Notes under the pieces: generated by a model | What the model was told of the DNA's origin: nothing | Databases searched by the model: none | Seen by the model: only the letters and a program-made list of their open reading frames with translations | Program-made: the position numbers and the translations under genes | Assembly: GCA_031364805.1 (NCBI GenBank) | Contig: JANLWW010000060.1 | Span: forward strand, 49,867 to 113,866 | Length of the DNA: 64,000 nt | Reading direction: 5' to 3' | DNA from: Acidobacteriota bacterium | Lineage (GTDB): Bacteria; Acidobacteriota; Vicinamibacteria; Vicinamibacterales; UBA2999 | Shown here: in pieces, positions 44,203 to 56,039 of the stretch | How positions within the stretch are numbered: position 1 is the first letter of the stretch | Layout of the letters: each line of letters opens with the position of its first letter

Positions 44203-45795
44203 CTATTTGCGCAGAGTGGGATAGGTGATCCCGAGCTGCTCGAGGTAGCTCCCGAACTTGGTCGGGTCGTAGTAGAACTTCCGCATCTGCTCGCGGTACC
44301 TCTCGAGAATCGCCTTGTTCAGGTGCGTCGGCGCCGGCGTGTCCTTGGCGATGAACGGGATGTACTTCACATCCTTCGTCTGCACATCGTTGAAGTACGC
44401 CCAGGCTCCCTTCACCAGTTCCGGCTTGGTCAGCAGGTCGAGCACCGTCATCGCCTGCGCCTTGGCGCCGGCGACCACGCCCTTGTGAGCGATCGGCGTC
44501 GCGCTGGCAATGCCGCTCGACCAGTTGTGGCCGGGCAGTCCGGGAATGTTGGCCGGGTAGCTCAGCGTGATGGTCGGCATGTTCCACGAGATGTCGCCGA
44601 TGTCGTCCGAGCCGCCGCCGTTGTTGTCTTCGAGCGCCACCGGCTTGCCGAGTTCGCCCAGCTTCACGGCCAGGCCGTTCTGCGTGGCGTTACCAAGTTC
44701 CTTCTGCAGGCCCTTGGCGAGCATCTGGTCCTGTTCACTCCAGGTCGGCAGGCCCACGGCCTGGATGTTGGCGTACATCGTCTCTGCCACCACCTTGTTC
44801 ATGTGGCGAGGATAGGCGGTGCCGAGAATGCGCGAGGTGACCTTGGTGTTGGTCATCAGCGCGGCGCCCTCCGCCATCTTGTTGCCAATTTCCACCAGCT
44901 CCTTGATGTGCGGCTGGTCGATTTCTCGGAAGTAGAACCAGATGCTGGCATTGCGCGGCACCACGTTGGGCTGGTCGCCGCCGTTGGTGATGATCGAGTG
45001 CGAGCGCTGCGACAGGCGCAGGTGCTCGCGGCGATAGTTCCAGCCCACACTCATCAGCTCGACCGCGTCGAGCGCCGAGCGGCCGCGCCACGGCGCGCCG
45101 GCGCTATGCGCCGTCTCGCCTTCGAATGTGTATTCGATCGATACCAGGCCGGTGCCGCCCTGCTGGCCCCACGAGGTACTGAGGTTGCCGCCAACGTGCG
45201 TGAACAGGTTGACATCCACGTCCTTGAACATGCCGTCGCGGACGAACCACGCCTTCGAGGCGACCAGTTCTTCGGCGACGCCCGGCCACAGCATGATCGT
45301 GCCGGGCAGCTTGTCGCGCTCCATGATTCGCTTCACCGCAATGGCCGCGATGATATTGAGCGGCATGCCGGTGTTGTGGCCTTCGCCGTGCCCCGGCGCG
45401 CCCTCGATGATCGGGTCGTGGTACGCCACGCCCGGCTTCTGCGACGACTGCGGAATACCGTCGATGTCAGAACCGAGCGCGATCACCGGCTTGCCCGAGC
45501 CATAGGTCGCCACCCAGGCGGTCGGCATGCCCGACTGCCCGCGCGTGATCTTGAAGCCGAACTTCTCGAGCTGCGCCGTCAGGTACTTCGAGGTCTCGAC
45601 TTCCTGCATGCCGAGCTCGCCGAAACTGAAGACGGAATCGACCATCTCCTGCGCCAGCTTGGCCATCTCGTCAACGCCCTTGACCGCATCCTTCTTCTGC
45701 TCGGACAACTTAGCGCTGTCCTGAGCCGACGCGGTCGTGCCGAGCGCGGCGAGCAGCGCCGCAATTGCCACCAAACGAACAGACTTCATCAACAT
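44203..45795 (-). CDS. M20 family amidohydrolase, secreted (tandem paralog 1)
   Basis: Signal peptide MKSVRLVAIAALLAALGTTASA; GSDIDGIPQ, GHGEGHNTG; near-identical blocks shared with the gene at 45824. Confidence 0.8.
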   Translation of the reverse strand: MLMKSVRLVAIAALLAALGTTASAQDSAKLSEQKKDAVKGVDEMAKLAQEMVDSVFSFGELGMQEVETSKYLTAQLEKFGFKITRGQSGMPTAWVATYGSGKPVIALGSDIDGIPQSSQKPGVAYHDPIIEGAPGHGEGHNTGMPLNIIAAIAVKRIMERDKLPGTIMLWPGVAEELVASKAWFVRDGMFKDVDVNLFTHVGGNLSTSWGQQGGTGLVSIEYTFEGETAHSAGAPWRGRSALDAVELMSVGWNYRREHLRLSQRSHSIITNGGDQPNVVPRNASIWFYFREIDQPHIKELVEIGNKMAEGAALMTNTKVTSRILGTAYPRHMNKVVAETMYANIQAVGLPTWSEQDQMLAKGLQKELGNATQNGLAVKLGELGKPVALEDNNGGGSDDIGDISWNMPTITLSYPANIPGLPGHNWSSGIASATPIAHKGVVAGAKAQAMTVLDLLTKPELVKGAWAYFNDVQTKDVKYIPFIAKDTPAPTHLNKAILERYREQMRKFYYDPTKFGSYLEQLGITYPTLRK

Positions 45796-45823
45796 TCCTC
45801 CACGGCGCCCTTGAAAGGACGCC

Positions 45824-47431
45824 CTACTGCTGCTGCGAGGGGGTCGTGCGAACAGTAGGGTACTTGATGCCAAGCTGTTCGAGGTAGGTCCCGAACTTCG
45901 TCGGGTCGTAGTAGAACTTTTTCATCTGCTCTCGATACTTAGCGAGAATGTTGGCGTTCAGATGCGTTGGCGCCGGCGTGTCGCTCTTCAGGAACGGGAT
46001 GTACTTCACATCCTTGGTCTGGACGTTCTTGAAGTAGTCCCACGCCTGCTGCACCAGCTCCGGCCGGGTCAGCAGGTCGAGCACCGTCATGGCCTGCACC
46101 TTGGCGCCGGCGACCACGCCCTTGTGAGCAATCGGCGTCGCACTGGCGATGGCACTCGACCAGTTGTGGCCGGGCAGGCCGGGAATGTTCGCCGGGTAGC
46201 GCAGCGTCACCGTCGGAAAGTTCCACGACACGTCGCCGATGTCGTCGGAGCCACCGCCGGTGTTCTCGCGATCCGGGTTTGGCACGCCAAGGTTGCCGAG
46301 CTTCACTGCGAGGCCCTCCTGCGTGGGGTTGCCGAGTTCCTTCTGCAGCGCCTTAGCCAGCGTCTGGTCTTCCGTGCTCCAGGTGGGCAGGCCGACGGTC
46401 TTGATGTTCTCGTACATCGTTTCCGCGACCGTCTTGTTCATGTGTTGCGGATAAGCCGTGCCGAGAATGCGCGAGGTCACAGCGGTGTTGGTCATCAGCG
46501 CCGCGCCCTGCGCCATCTTGTCGCCGATCTCCCACAGCTCCTTGATGTGCGGCTGGTCGGTTTCACGGAAGTAGAACCAGATGCTGGCGTTGCGGGGCAC
46601 TACGTTCGGTTGATCGCCGCCGTTGGTGATCACGGAATGCGAACGCTGCGACAGCCGCAGGTGCTCGCGCCGATAATTCCAGCCCACGCTCATCAGCTCG
46701 ACCGCGTCGAGTGCGGAGCGTCCGCGCCACGGCGCGCCGGCACTGTGCGCGGTCTCGCCTTCAAAGGTGTATTCAACCGACACCATGCCGTTGCCGCCGC
46801 CTTCTCCCCACGACACGCCGAGGTTATTGCCGACGTGCGTGAACAGCACGACATCAACATCCTTGAACACGCCGTCGCGGACATACCAGGCCTTCGACGC
46901 TAGCTGCTCTTCCGCCACGCCCGGCCACAGCATGATCGTGCCCGGCAGCTTGTCGCGCTCCATGATCTTCTTCACCGCGATGGCGGCGACGATGTTCAGC
47001 GGCATGCCGGTGTTATGGCCTTCGCCATGACCGGGCGCGCCGGCGATGATCGGGTCGGGATAGGCGACGCCGGGCTTTTGTGACGCCTGCGGTATGCCAT
47101 CGATGTCGGAGCCCAGGGCAATCACCGGCTTGCCGGAGCCCCAGGTTGCAACCCAGGCCGTGGGAATGCCGGCCACCCCGCGCTGAACCCTGAAGCCAAA
47201 CTTCTCGAGCTGGGCGGTCAGGTAGCGCGAGGTCTCGACCTCCTGCATGCCCAGCTCACCGAAGCTGAACACCGAATCGACCATCTCCTGCGCCAGCTTG
47301 GCCATCTCGTCAACGCCCTTGACCGCCTCGGTCTTGTAGCCAGCGAGCTTGGGATTGGCCTGTCCGAATGCCGGACCGACCCCGGCCACCAACAACGTGA
47401 CAACTACAGACAAGTATTTCAATGCTCTCAT
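45824..47431 (-). CDS. M20 family amidohydrolase, secreted (tandem paralog 2)
   Basis: Signal peptide MRALKYLSVVVTLLVAGVGPAFG; same motifs as paralog 1. Confidence 0.8.
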   Translation of the reverse strand: MRALKYLSVVVTLLVAGVGPAFGQANPKLAGYKTEAVKGVDEMAKLAQEMVDSVFSFGELGMQEVETSRYLTAQLEKFGFRVQRGVAGIPTAWVATWGSGKPVIALGSDIDGIPQASQKPGVAYPDPIIAGAPGHGEGHNTGMPLNIVAAIAVKKIMERDKLPGTIMLWPGVAEEQLASKAWYVRDGVFKDVDVVLFTHVGNNLGVSWGEGGGNGMVSVEYTFEGETAHSAGAPWRGRSALDAVELMSVGWNYRREHLRLSQRSHSVITNGGDQPNVVPRNASIWFYFRETDQPHIKELWEIGDKMAQGAALMTNTAVTSRILGTAYPQHMNKTVAETMYENIKTVGLPTWSTEDQTLAKALQKELGNPTQEGLAVKLGNLGVPNPDRENTGGGSDDIGDVSWNFPTVTLRYPANIPGLPGHNWSSAIASATPIAHKGVVAGAKVQAMTVLDLLTRPELVQQAWDYFKNVQTKDVKYIPFLKSDTPAPTHLNANILAKYREQMKKFYYDPTKFGTYLEQLGIKYPTVRTTPSQQQ

Positions 47432-47486
47432 CACAACTCCTCCACCGCGCCTGCCCAGAACGGTCAATTCTAGTGTGTTCCCGCGA

Positions 47487-49597
<2,111 letters not shown>

Positions 49598-49607
<10 letters not shown>

Positions 49608-50626
49608 GCCGCATTATAGAATCAGTCATTACTTCCTACACGCCTCTTCCCCGCTTTGCCGGCGGGCACAAGATGACGCTGTATGCGTGGGCGCGCCGGC
49701 GGGCCTTTCCGGCCCTTGCCGCAGCCGAACCGCGTTACTTCGACGTGGCCCCGGATGCCCGCGTCCTGGCCCATTGCAACTGGCAACCGGACCGCGCGGC
49801 GGCCCCGACGCTGTTGATGCTGCACGGGCTCGAAGGCTCCAGCGAGGCGCACTACATGTGCGGCATGGCCGACAAGGCGCTGGCCGCCGGGTTTAACGTG
49901 GTGCGGCTGAACCAGCGCAACTGCGGCGGCACCGAGCACCTGTCGCGCGGGCTGTATCACTCGGGCCTCACCGCGGATCCCCTGTTCGTGCTGCGCGAGT
50001 TGCGCGACCGCGATCAGCTCACCCGTTTCGCCGTCGCCGGCTATTCGCTGGGCGGCAACATCACCATGAAGCTGGCGGGCGAACTGGGCGCCACCGATTT
50101 TCCCGAGGTGAAGGCCTTCGCCGCGGTGTCGCCGGTGATCGAGCTCGAAGCCTGCATGCAGTCGATCGAGCGGCGCGAGAACCGCATCTACGAGTGGAAT
50201 TTCTGCCGCAACCTGCAGGGCCGCATGCGGCGCAAGGAGTTGGCCTTCCCGGGTCAGTTTGACCTGTCGGGGTTGTGGAAGGTGTGGTCCATCCGCACGT
50301 TCGACGATCGCTATACCGCGCCGCATCACGGCTACGATGGCGCGTCCGACTACTACCATCGCGCCAGCGCGATGCGGATAATTGACCGGGTCGCGAGGCC
50401 GGCGCTGATTCTGAGCGCGGCGGACGACCCCTTCGTGCCACCGCATATCTTCGACACGCCGGCGCTGCGGAACAATCCGAGCATCACGACCGTCGTAACA
50501 TCCCATGGTGGCCACTGCGCCTACGTTGAACCCACCTCCGCTAAAGCTACGGTGGGTAAACCAAACGGCTATGATGGCTACTACGCCGAACGAACCGTCG
50601 TGGACTTCTTGAGGGCTCAACTATGA
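49598..50626 (+). CDS. alpha/beta hydrolase (YheT-like)
   Basis: LMLHGLEGSS, GYSLGGN nucleophile elbow. The start is uncertain: GTG at 49598 overlaps the divergent gene start by 10 nt, and ATG at 49673 is the alternative. Confidence 0.75.
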
Positions 50627-50991
50627 CTACTCTGCGCGTCGCGGTCGCTACCGTCGCTATTTTGCTATCGGCATCCGCTGCTCACGCTCAACAGGCCGCG
50701 CTCGGCACCTGGGATCTCACCACCATCTCTCCGGAAGGTGAGTTTAAGTCCGTGATGGAGATCCGCATGGACGGTGACAGGCTGGTCGCGGTCGGCAAGA
50801 GCCCACAGGGCGAACGCAAGTACGACAGCGTCGCCGTCGAGGGCAGCAACCTCACGATGGTGATCACGATCGATTACAACGGGTCGCCGATGGTGATCAC
50901 CTACGTTGGCAAGATCGACGGGCCCAAAATCGAAGGTTCAGCGGATTACGGCGGGCTGGCCACGGGAACCTTCTCGGCAGCCAAAAAGTAA
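50623..50991 (+). CDS. small secreted hypothetical protein
   Basis: Signal peptide MTTLRVAVATVAILLSASAAHA; ATGA overlap with the upstream gene. Confidence 0.6.
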   Translation: MTTLRVAVATVAILLSASAAHAQQAALGTWDLTTISPEGEFKSVMEIRMDGDRLVAVGKSPQGERKYDSVAVEGSNLTMVITIDYNGSPMVITYVGKIDGPKIEGSADYGGLATGTFSAAKK

Positions 50992-51050
50992 GGCTCGCGG
51001 AGCGGCGGGTGCGGCCTACATTCCAGTAGGCTGCGTCCGATACGCATTGC

Positions 51051-51443
51051 ATGGAGGAACCAGTCCCCGGGGATGCGCCCGCAGCGAAGCGCGAAACAGC
51101 GCAGTCGTATGCAGAAGCGGCCTTCGAACTCGAGGGCGGCGTCTGGGACGTTCCACTCGATTGGCAGCCCGAACTCGATGTTGCCCTAGAAACCATCGAC
51201 TGCGGCTTGGTGAAGCGCCGGCGGGCGAGCGATCCTCCCGACACGCCGCCCTTCCCACGTGCGGAGGTAAGCGCGCTCACGTTCACGCCGGAAATTCTGG
51301 AGGCCCTGGCCAGCCGGGTCGCCGCCAAGCTGCAACCGGCCGAAACCCCGCCGATGAAAGCCGGTGCCATCGTCTCGATCCGGTTCCGGTGGCCGCTCTT
51401 CTCATTCACGCGTGGCAGACGCCGCTCTAGGGCGCGAGGGTAA
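51051..51443 (+). CDS. hypothetical protein (weak call)
   Basis: Only plausible ORF in the 430-nt gap; moderately coding-like codon bias; no motif; 17-nt convergent overlap with the amidase gene. Confidence 0.35.
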   Translation: MEEPVPGDAPAAKRETAQSYAEAAFELEGGVWDVPLDWQPELDVALETIDCGLVKRRRASDPPDTPPFPRAEVSALTFTPEILEALASRVAAKLQPAETPPMKAGAIVSIRFRWPLFSFTRGRRRSRARG

Positions 51444-53061
51444 CCTTGTACTGGGGCGCTTTGCGCGCCTTGGTCGCCTGCTCCAGGGCATAGCCAAACC
51501 CGATCAGTTCGCCCTCACTGTAGGCAGATCCCATGAAGGTCACGCCGAGTGGCAGGCCATGGCTGGCACCAATCGGCACCGTGAGGCTGGGTGTGCCCGC
51601 GACGGCCGACATGCCGTAGCCGGCGCCGACAAAGTGATCGCCCAGCACGTGGTCGGTTGGCCACGCCGGCGACAGGCTCGGCGCGATCACCGCATCCAGT
51701 TGCTCTTTGGCGAGCACCGCCAACAGGCCGTCCTTCCCCGCCAGGCGGCGCGCCTCGCCTCGCGCCTTCTTGTAGGCCGGCTCGGTGAGCGGCCCCTTCG
51801 CCTGCGCCTGCTCGAAGATCTCCTGGCCGAAGATCGGCATCGCCGTCGCCGCGTTCGCCTTGTTCCACGCGATCAGCGCCTCGAGCGACGTGTGCGGCGA
51901 GCGGCTCTTCTTCAGGTATGCGTTCAGCCCGTCCTTGAACTCGTAGAGCAAGACGCTGAACTCGGGATCGTTCCAGGCGTTATAGGTAGGAATCTTCACG
52001 TCGATCACTTCCGCACCGGCGGCCTTCATGGCTTCGATGGCCGTGGCGATGGAGGCATCGACATCGGGGTGATACCCCATCGCCTGCCGGACCACACCAA
52101 AGCGCTTTCCCTTCAGTGCATCGGCCTTCAGGAAGGTCGTGTAGTCGGCGGGAATCTTGCCCACGCCGGCTGGCCCCGACGGATCCGCCGCATCAACCGC
52201 CGCCATGCCGTTCAGCATCAGCGCGACGTCGGCGACGGTCCGCGCCATCGGGCCGGCCGTATCTTGCGACACGGAAATCGGGATAATGCCGGTGCGGCTG
52301 ACCAGGCCCACCGTGGGCTTGAGTCCCGCCAGACCATTCACTGACGCCGGGCAAATAATGCTGCCGTCGGTCTCGGTGCCCACGCCAACCGCGGCAAGGC
52401 TCGCGGCGATCGCCGAACCCGTGCCGGAACTCGATCCGCACGGATTGCGGTCGAGCACGTAGGGGTTCTTGGTTTGCCCGCCACGCGAACTCCATCCCGA
52501 GGTTGATCGCGTGGAGCGAAAGTTGGCCCACTCGCTAAGATTGGTCTTGCCGAGAATCACTGCGCCGGCGGCACGCAAGCGGGCCGCAACAAAGGCGTCG
52601 GCGGCCGGACGGTTATCGGCCAGCGCCAGCGAGCCGGCAGAGTTGACCATGCCGGCAACGTCGATGTTGTCCTTGAGCAATACGGGAATGCCGTGCAGCG
52701 GGCCACGCAGTGTGCCGGCCTTGCGTTCCGCATCCAGGGCCGTGGCCTCGGCCACCGCCTGCGCATTGATCTCGATAACGGCGCCCAGCATCGGACCCGC
52801 GTCGTCGACCATGGCAATGCGATCGAGATAGGCCTGCGTCAGGGCCGCTGACGTCAACTCGCCTGACGCCATGCGCGCCTTCGCGTCGGTCGCACTCAAC
52901 TCGACGACGTCAACTTGGGCGGGTCGGGCAGGTGGGGCTGGTGGTGGCGCGCAGCCGACAGCGAGAACAAAAACCAAGACCCCAAGTCCCCCCACCTTCG
53001 CCAAGGCTACGGCGGGCAGGCAAGCCCCCAGGACCTCGCATGACATGACTCGTCTCTTCAT
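51427..53061 (-). CDS. amidase-signature family amidase, probably secreted
   Basis: GGSSSGTGSAIA amidase signature and GPLHGIPVLLKDN. The N-terminal 40 codons are encoded by repeat element R1, so the start is uncertain. ATGA overlap with the DUF72 gene. Confidence 0.8.
   Translation of the reverse strand: MKRRVMSCEVLGACLPAVALAKVGGLGVLVFVLAVGCAPPPAPPARPAQVDVVELSATDAKARMASGELTSAALTQAYLDRIAMVDDAGPMLGAVIEINAQAVAEATALDAERKAGTLRGPLHGIPVLLKDNIDVAGMVNSAGSLALADNRPAADAFVAARLRAAGAVILGKTNLSEWANFRSTRSTSGWSSRGGQTKNPYVLDRNPCGSSSGTGSAIAASLAAVGVGTETDGSIICPASVNGLAGLKPTVGLVSRTGIIPISVSQDTAGPMARTVADVALMLNGMAAVDAADPSGPAGVGKIPADYTTFLKADALKGKRFGVVRQAMGYHPDVDASIATAIEAMKAAGAEVIDVKIPTYNAWNDPEFSVLLYEFKDGLNAYLKKSRSPHTSLEALIAWNKANAATAMPIFGQEIFEQAQAKGPLTEPAYKKARGEARRLAGKDGLLAVLAKEQLDAVIAPSLSPAWPTDHVLGDHFVGAGYGMSAVAGTPSLTVPIGASHGLPLGVTFMGSAYSEGELIGFGYALEQATKARKAPQYKVTLAP
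52981..53037 (-). repeat. composite repeat element, copy R1
   Basis: Shares the identical 21-mer CCTTCGCCAAGGCTACGGCGG (52995-53015) and CCCCAGGACCTC (53026-37) with copy R2, flanked by degenerate GGGG(A/G/T)CTT units on the minus strand. Confidence 0.9.
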
Positions 53062-53771
53062 TCCGTGATTCCCAGGTTTCGCATCATCTGTTGTCCAAAC
53101 GCCGCCCCCTTCCCCTCGTCTTCGTGCTTGAAATACACGTAGACGTCTGAGCAGGTGGCAGCCAATTGTTTAGCGGTCTCGGTCCAGCGCGTGATCTCGG
53201 CGTCGCCGTAGCCTTCGTCTCGCAGCCGCAAGTACGCGTAGTCCGCCGTGGCAATCGCCGGGGTCTGGCGCGCCTCGCTGTCGGCAACGCACAGCGCGAT
53301 GTTGCGCGCCCGCAGCGCGTCGAACACCTCATCGTCCAGCCACGAAGCATTGCGAAACTCGAACGCCGCGGTGGTCTTCGGCGGCAGCAGCGAGAGAAAC
53401 TCGTTGAGCAGGACGATGTCCTTCTTGAAGTTGGGCGGCAGTTGAAACAGCAACGCGGCCAGCTGCGGCCCCAGTTCGCCGGCGACCGAGACAAAGGTCC
53501 GCAGCGAATCGGCGACCTCGGCAGCACGCAGCCGCTTGTCGTGCGTGATGCGCTTGGGCGCCTTCAGGGTGAACCTGAACTCCGGCGGCACCTGCGCCGC
53601 CCATCCGGCCACGATCTTCGAGGTCGGCATGCGATAAAACGTGTAGTTGATCTCGACGGTCTTGAACTTGCTCGCGTAGTAGGGCAGCATCTTCGCCGCC
53701 GAAAGATCCGACGGATAGAAGCTGCCCTTCCATTCCGGATAGTTGTAGCCGCTGGTACCAACCAGAATCAT
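53058..53771 (-). CDS. DUF72 domain protein
   Basis: MILVGTSGYNYPEWKGSFYP...EINYTFY matches the DUF72 pattern; ATG at 53771 is preferred over the ORF-track TTG at 53783. Confidence 0.85.
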   Translation of the reverse strand: MILVGTSGYNYPEWKGSFYPSDLSAAKMLPYYASKFKTVEINYTFYRMPTSKIVAGWAAQVPPEFRFTLKAPKRITHDKRLRAAEVADSLRTFVSVAGELGPQLAALLFQLPPNFKKDIVLLNEFLSLLPPKTTAAFEFRNASWLDDEVFDALRARNIALCVADSEARQTPAIATADYAYLRLRDEGYGDAEITRWTETAKQLAATCSDVYVYFKHEDEGKGAAFGQQMMRNLGITE

Positions 53772-53780
53772 TTCTTGACC

Positions 53781-53858
53781 CAAGCCCCTCCGCCTTCGCC
53801 AAGGCTACGGCGGACAAGCATCGCCAAGTCCCCAGGACCTCAAGCCCCCAAGCCCCCG
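53781..53858 (-). repeat. composite repeat element, copy R2
   Basis: 21-mer at 53793-53813, CCCCAGGACCTC at 53830-41, then two perfect AAGCCCCC units at 53842-57 (GGGGGCTT on the minus strand). Confidence 0.9.
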
Positions 53859-53862
53859 TACG

Positions 53863-55143
53863 CTACCACGCCCGCATGGCCTCTTCGAACAACCGCGCCA
53901 AGTCGTCGGGACCGGCGGGCCGCGGAGACAGCTTCGTCACGCGATGTTGCGGCAACGTGCCCGCAACCAGGTCCGGGATGTCAGACGATGAATAACCGAG
54001 CTCGGCGAGGCCGTTCGGCACTCTCAGCCGTTGCATGAACCAGGTGATGCGATCGGCAAGGATACGGCCCGCATCCGCCGCCTTTGCACCAGAGACATCC
54101 ACGCCGAGCGCCTCGGCAGCCTGCAAGTGTCGCTCGGGAGTCGAGGGTGCCGTGAACCGGAACACGGCCGGCGCGTTGAGAATCACGGAGATGCCGTGCG
54201 GCACGAGCGGATGATCGGCCTCGTAGCCTGGCGCCCGGTAGCTTTTGACGCTGCCCGACACCGGATACGACATGCCATGCGGCAAGTGCACGCCGGCGTT
54301 ACCGAAGCCGACACCGGCATACGACGCGGCCAGCAGCATGTTCGCGCGCGCCTCCGCGTCGGTCGGGTCGTCCACGGCGCGCACGAGGTACTGCGCCACC
54401 ATGCGGAGCGCCTGCAACGACCAGACATCGCTGTTGGGGTTCGAGCCCTGATACGCCGGGCGCAGTGCCGGACGTTCCGGCAGCGGCCGGCCGGTGAATG
54501 GCAATGCCGTGAACGACTCGATCGCGTGGCTCAGGATGTCGAGGCCACTTGACGCGGCCACTTCCGGCGGCATGGTCCGCGTGTTGTCAGGATCGAGATA
54601 GCCGAGGGTGGGCTTCAGGCGCCGGCTCGCAATGCCCGTCTTCGCGTGCATCTTGCTCAGGTCGAAAATGCTGACGCCGGTCGTCTCGCTTCCCGTCCCG
54701 GCCGTCGTCGGAATCGCCATCAGCGGTTTCAACGGCCCGGGCACCGGAAGGCCCTTACCGATCGGCGGATTGACGTAGTCGAGAAAGTCGGCGGGTGGAT
54801 AACAGGTGTAGAGGTTGACCGCCTTTGCCGTGTCGATCGTCGAGCCACCGCCGACCGCGACGATGGCACCGAATGGATGGCCGCGTGCAAACTCGATGGC
54901 GTGGAGGAACGACTCGTCGCTCGGCTCGATGCGGACCTGGTCGTAGAGATCGAACGCGATCCCGCTGGCCTCAAGCGACTCCACCACCGTCTGCACCGGC
55001 GCCAGACGCCGCACGATTGGGTCGGTGATCACCAGCGCCCGCTTGATGCCCAACTCCGCCAGGTCCGCGCCTACCTCGCGCGTGACGCCGGTGCCGAAGC
55101 GCACGGCCGATGCTGCCATCTCGAATGCGAAGTCGTTGGCCAT
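53863..55143 (-). CDS. iron-containing alcohol dehydrogenase family (hydroxyacid-oxoacid transhydrogenase-like)
   Basis: AVGGGSTIDTAK, PTTAGTGSE and GVHLPHGMSYP metal-site motifs. Confidence 0.85.
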   Translation of the reverse strand: MANDFAFEMAASAVRFGTGVTREVGADLAELGIKRALVITDPIVRRLAPVQTVVESLEASGIAFDLYDQVRIEPSDESFLHAIEFARGHPFGAIVAVGGGSTIDTAKAVNLYTCYPPADFLDYVNPPIGKGLPVPGPLKPLMAIPTTAGTGSETTGVSIFDLSKMHAKTGIASRRLKPTLGYLDPDNTRTMPPEVAASSGLDILSHAIESFTALPFTGRPLPERPALRPAYQGSNPNSDVWSLQALRMVAQYLVRAVDDPTDAEARANMLLAASYAGVGFGNAGVHLPHGMSYPVSGSVKSYRAPGYEADHPLVPHGISVILNAPAVFRFTAPSTPERHLQAAEALGVDVSGAKAADAGRILADRITWFMQRLRVPNGLAELGYSSSDIPDLVAGTLPQHRVTKLSPRPAGPDDLARLFEEAMRAW

Positions 55144-55166
55144 AGCAGGAACCGGCGCAGACTATC

Positions 55167-56039
55167 ATGTTCACGATGCATCGAGTCGCGTTGCTCCTGC
55201 TCGTTGGCCTGGTGACCGTCGCGGCCTGCACCCGCGAGCCCGAGGCGCCCACCTACCAGCTGACCGGCCAGGTGCTCGCCGTCAGACCCGAGACCAGCGA
55301 AATTCTGGTGAAGCACGAGGACATCAAGGGCTTCATGCCGGCGATGACCAGGCCCTACAAGGTCAAGGAGCCGGCGCTGTTGAAGGAGCTTGTGCCCGGC
55401 GACCTGATCACCGCCACGCTCCACGTGGCACCGGACTTGGCGTGGTTGTCGGCAATTACCAAGACCGGCTCCGCGCCTGTTCCAGAGGGTTCGGCGACCA
55501 GAATTCCAACCGCCGCCGGCGTGCAGCTGCTCAAAGCCGGCGATGCGGTGCCGGACACCGCGTTGCTCGACCAGGACGGCAAGATGCTGGCATTGGCAGA
55601 ATGGCGCGGCTCGGCAATCGTGGTCACCTTTATCTATACGCGCTGTCCATTACCCCAGTTCTGCCCGATGATGGACCGCCGCTTCGCGGAGATTCAGGCA
55701 CTTGCGGCCGCGGCCCCGGCGTTGAAGCGAAAGGTGCGATTGCTGTCGGTTAGCTTCGATCCCACGACCGACCGGGCCGCGGTTTTGCGAGCGCACGCTG
55801 CCAAAGCGGGCGCCGATGCTTCCGTGTGGCGATTTGCCACCGCCGAAGAAGCCGTCGTCGATCGCATGGCGGCGGCGTTCGGCGTCAACGTGATTCGCGA
55901 GCAAGACGGCACCATCACGCATAACCTGCGAACGGCGGTGATCGATCCGCGCGGCCGCCTGGTTTCCATCCACGACAACAACGCCTGGTCTGCCTCTACC
56001 ATCGTCGATGAACTCACAGCCGCAGTTCTCGCGCGCTGA
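55167..56039 (+). CDS. SCO1/SenC family copper chaperone fused to an N-terminal CusF-like domain
   Basis: YQLTGQVLAV....ILVKHEDIKGFMPAMT; thioredoxin-fold VTFIYTRCPLPQFCP (CxxxC). Confidence 0.8.
   Translation: MFTMHRVALLLLVGLVTVAACTREPEAPTYQLTGQVLAVRPETSEILVKHEDIKGFMPAMTRPYKVKEPALLKELVPGDLITATLHVAPDLAWLSAITKTGSAPVPEGSATRIPTAAGVQLLKAGDAVPDTALLDQDGKMLALAEWRGSAIVVTFIYTRCPLPQFCPMMDRRFAEIQALAAAAPALKRKVRLLSVSFDPTTDRAAVLRAHAAKAGADASVWRFATAEEAVVDRMAAAFGVNVIREQDGTITHNLRTAVIDPRGRLVSIHDNNAWSASTIVDELTAAVLAR

Noticed and set aside
53329-53817. The ORF 53329..53817 (minus strand) beginning MSAVALAKAEGLGS, which resembles the amidase signal peptide and could suggest a second secreted protein.
   Set aside because: It lies out of frame within the well-supported DUF72 gene. 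The similarity comes only from repeat copy R2, and the remainder is a shadow ORF.
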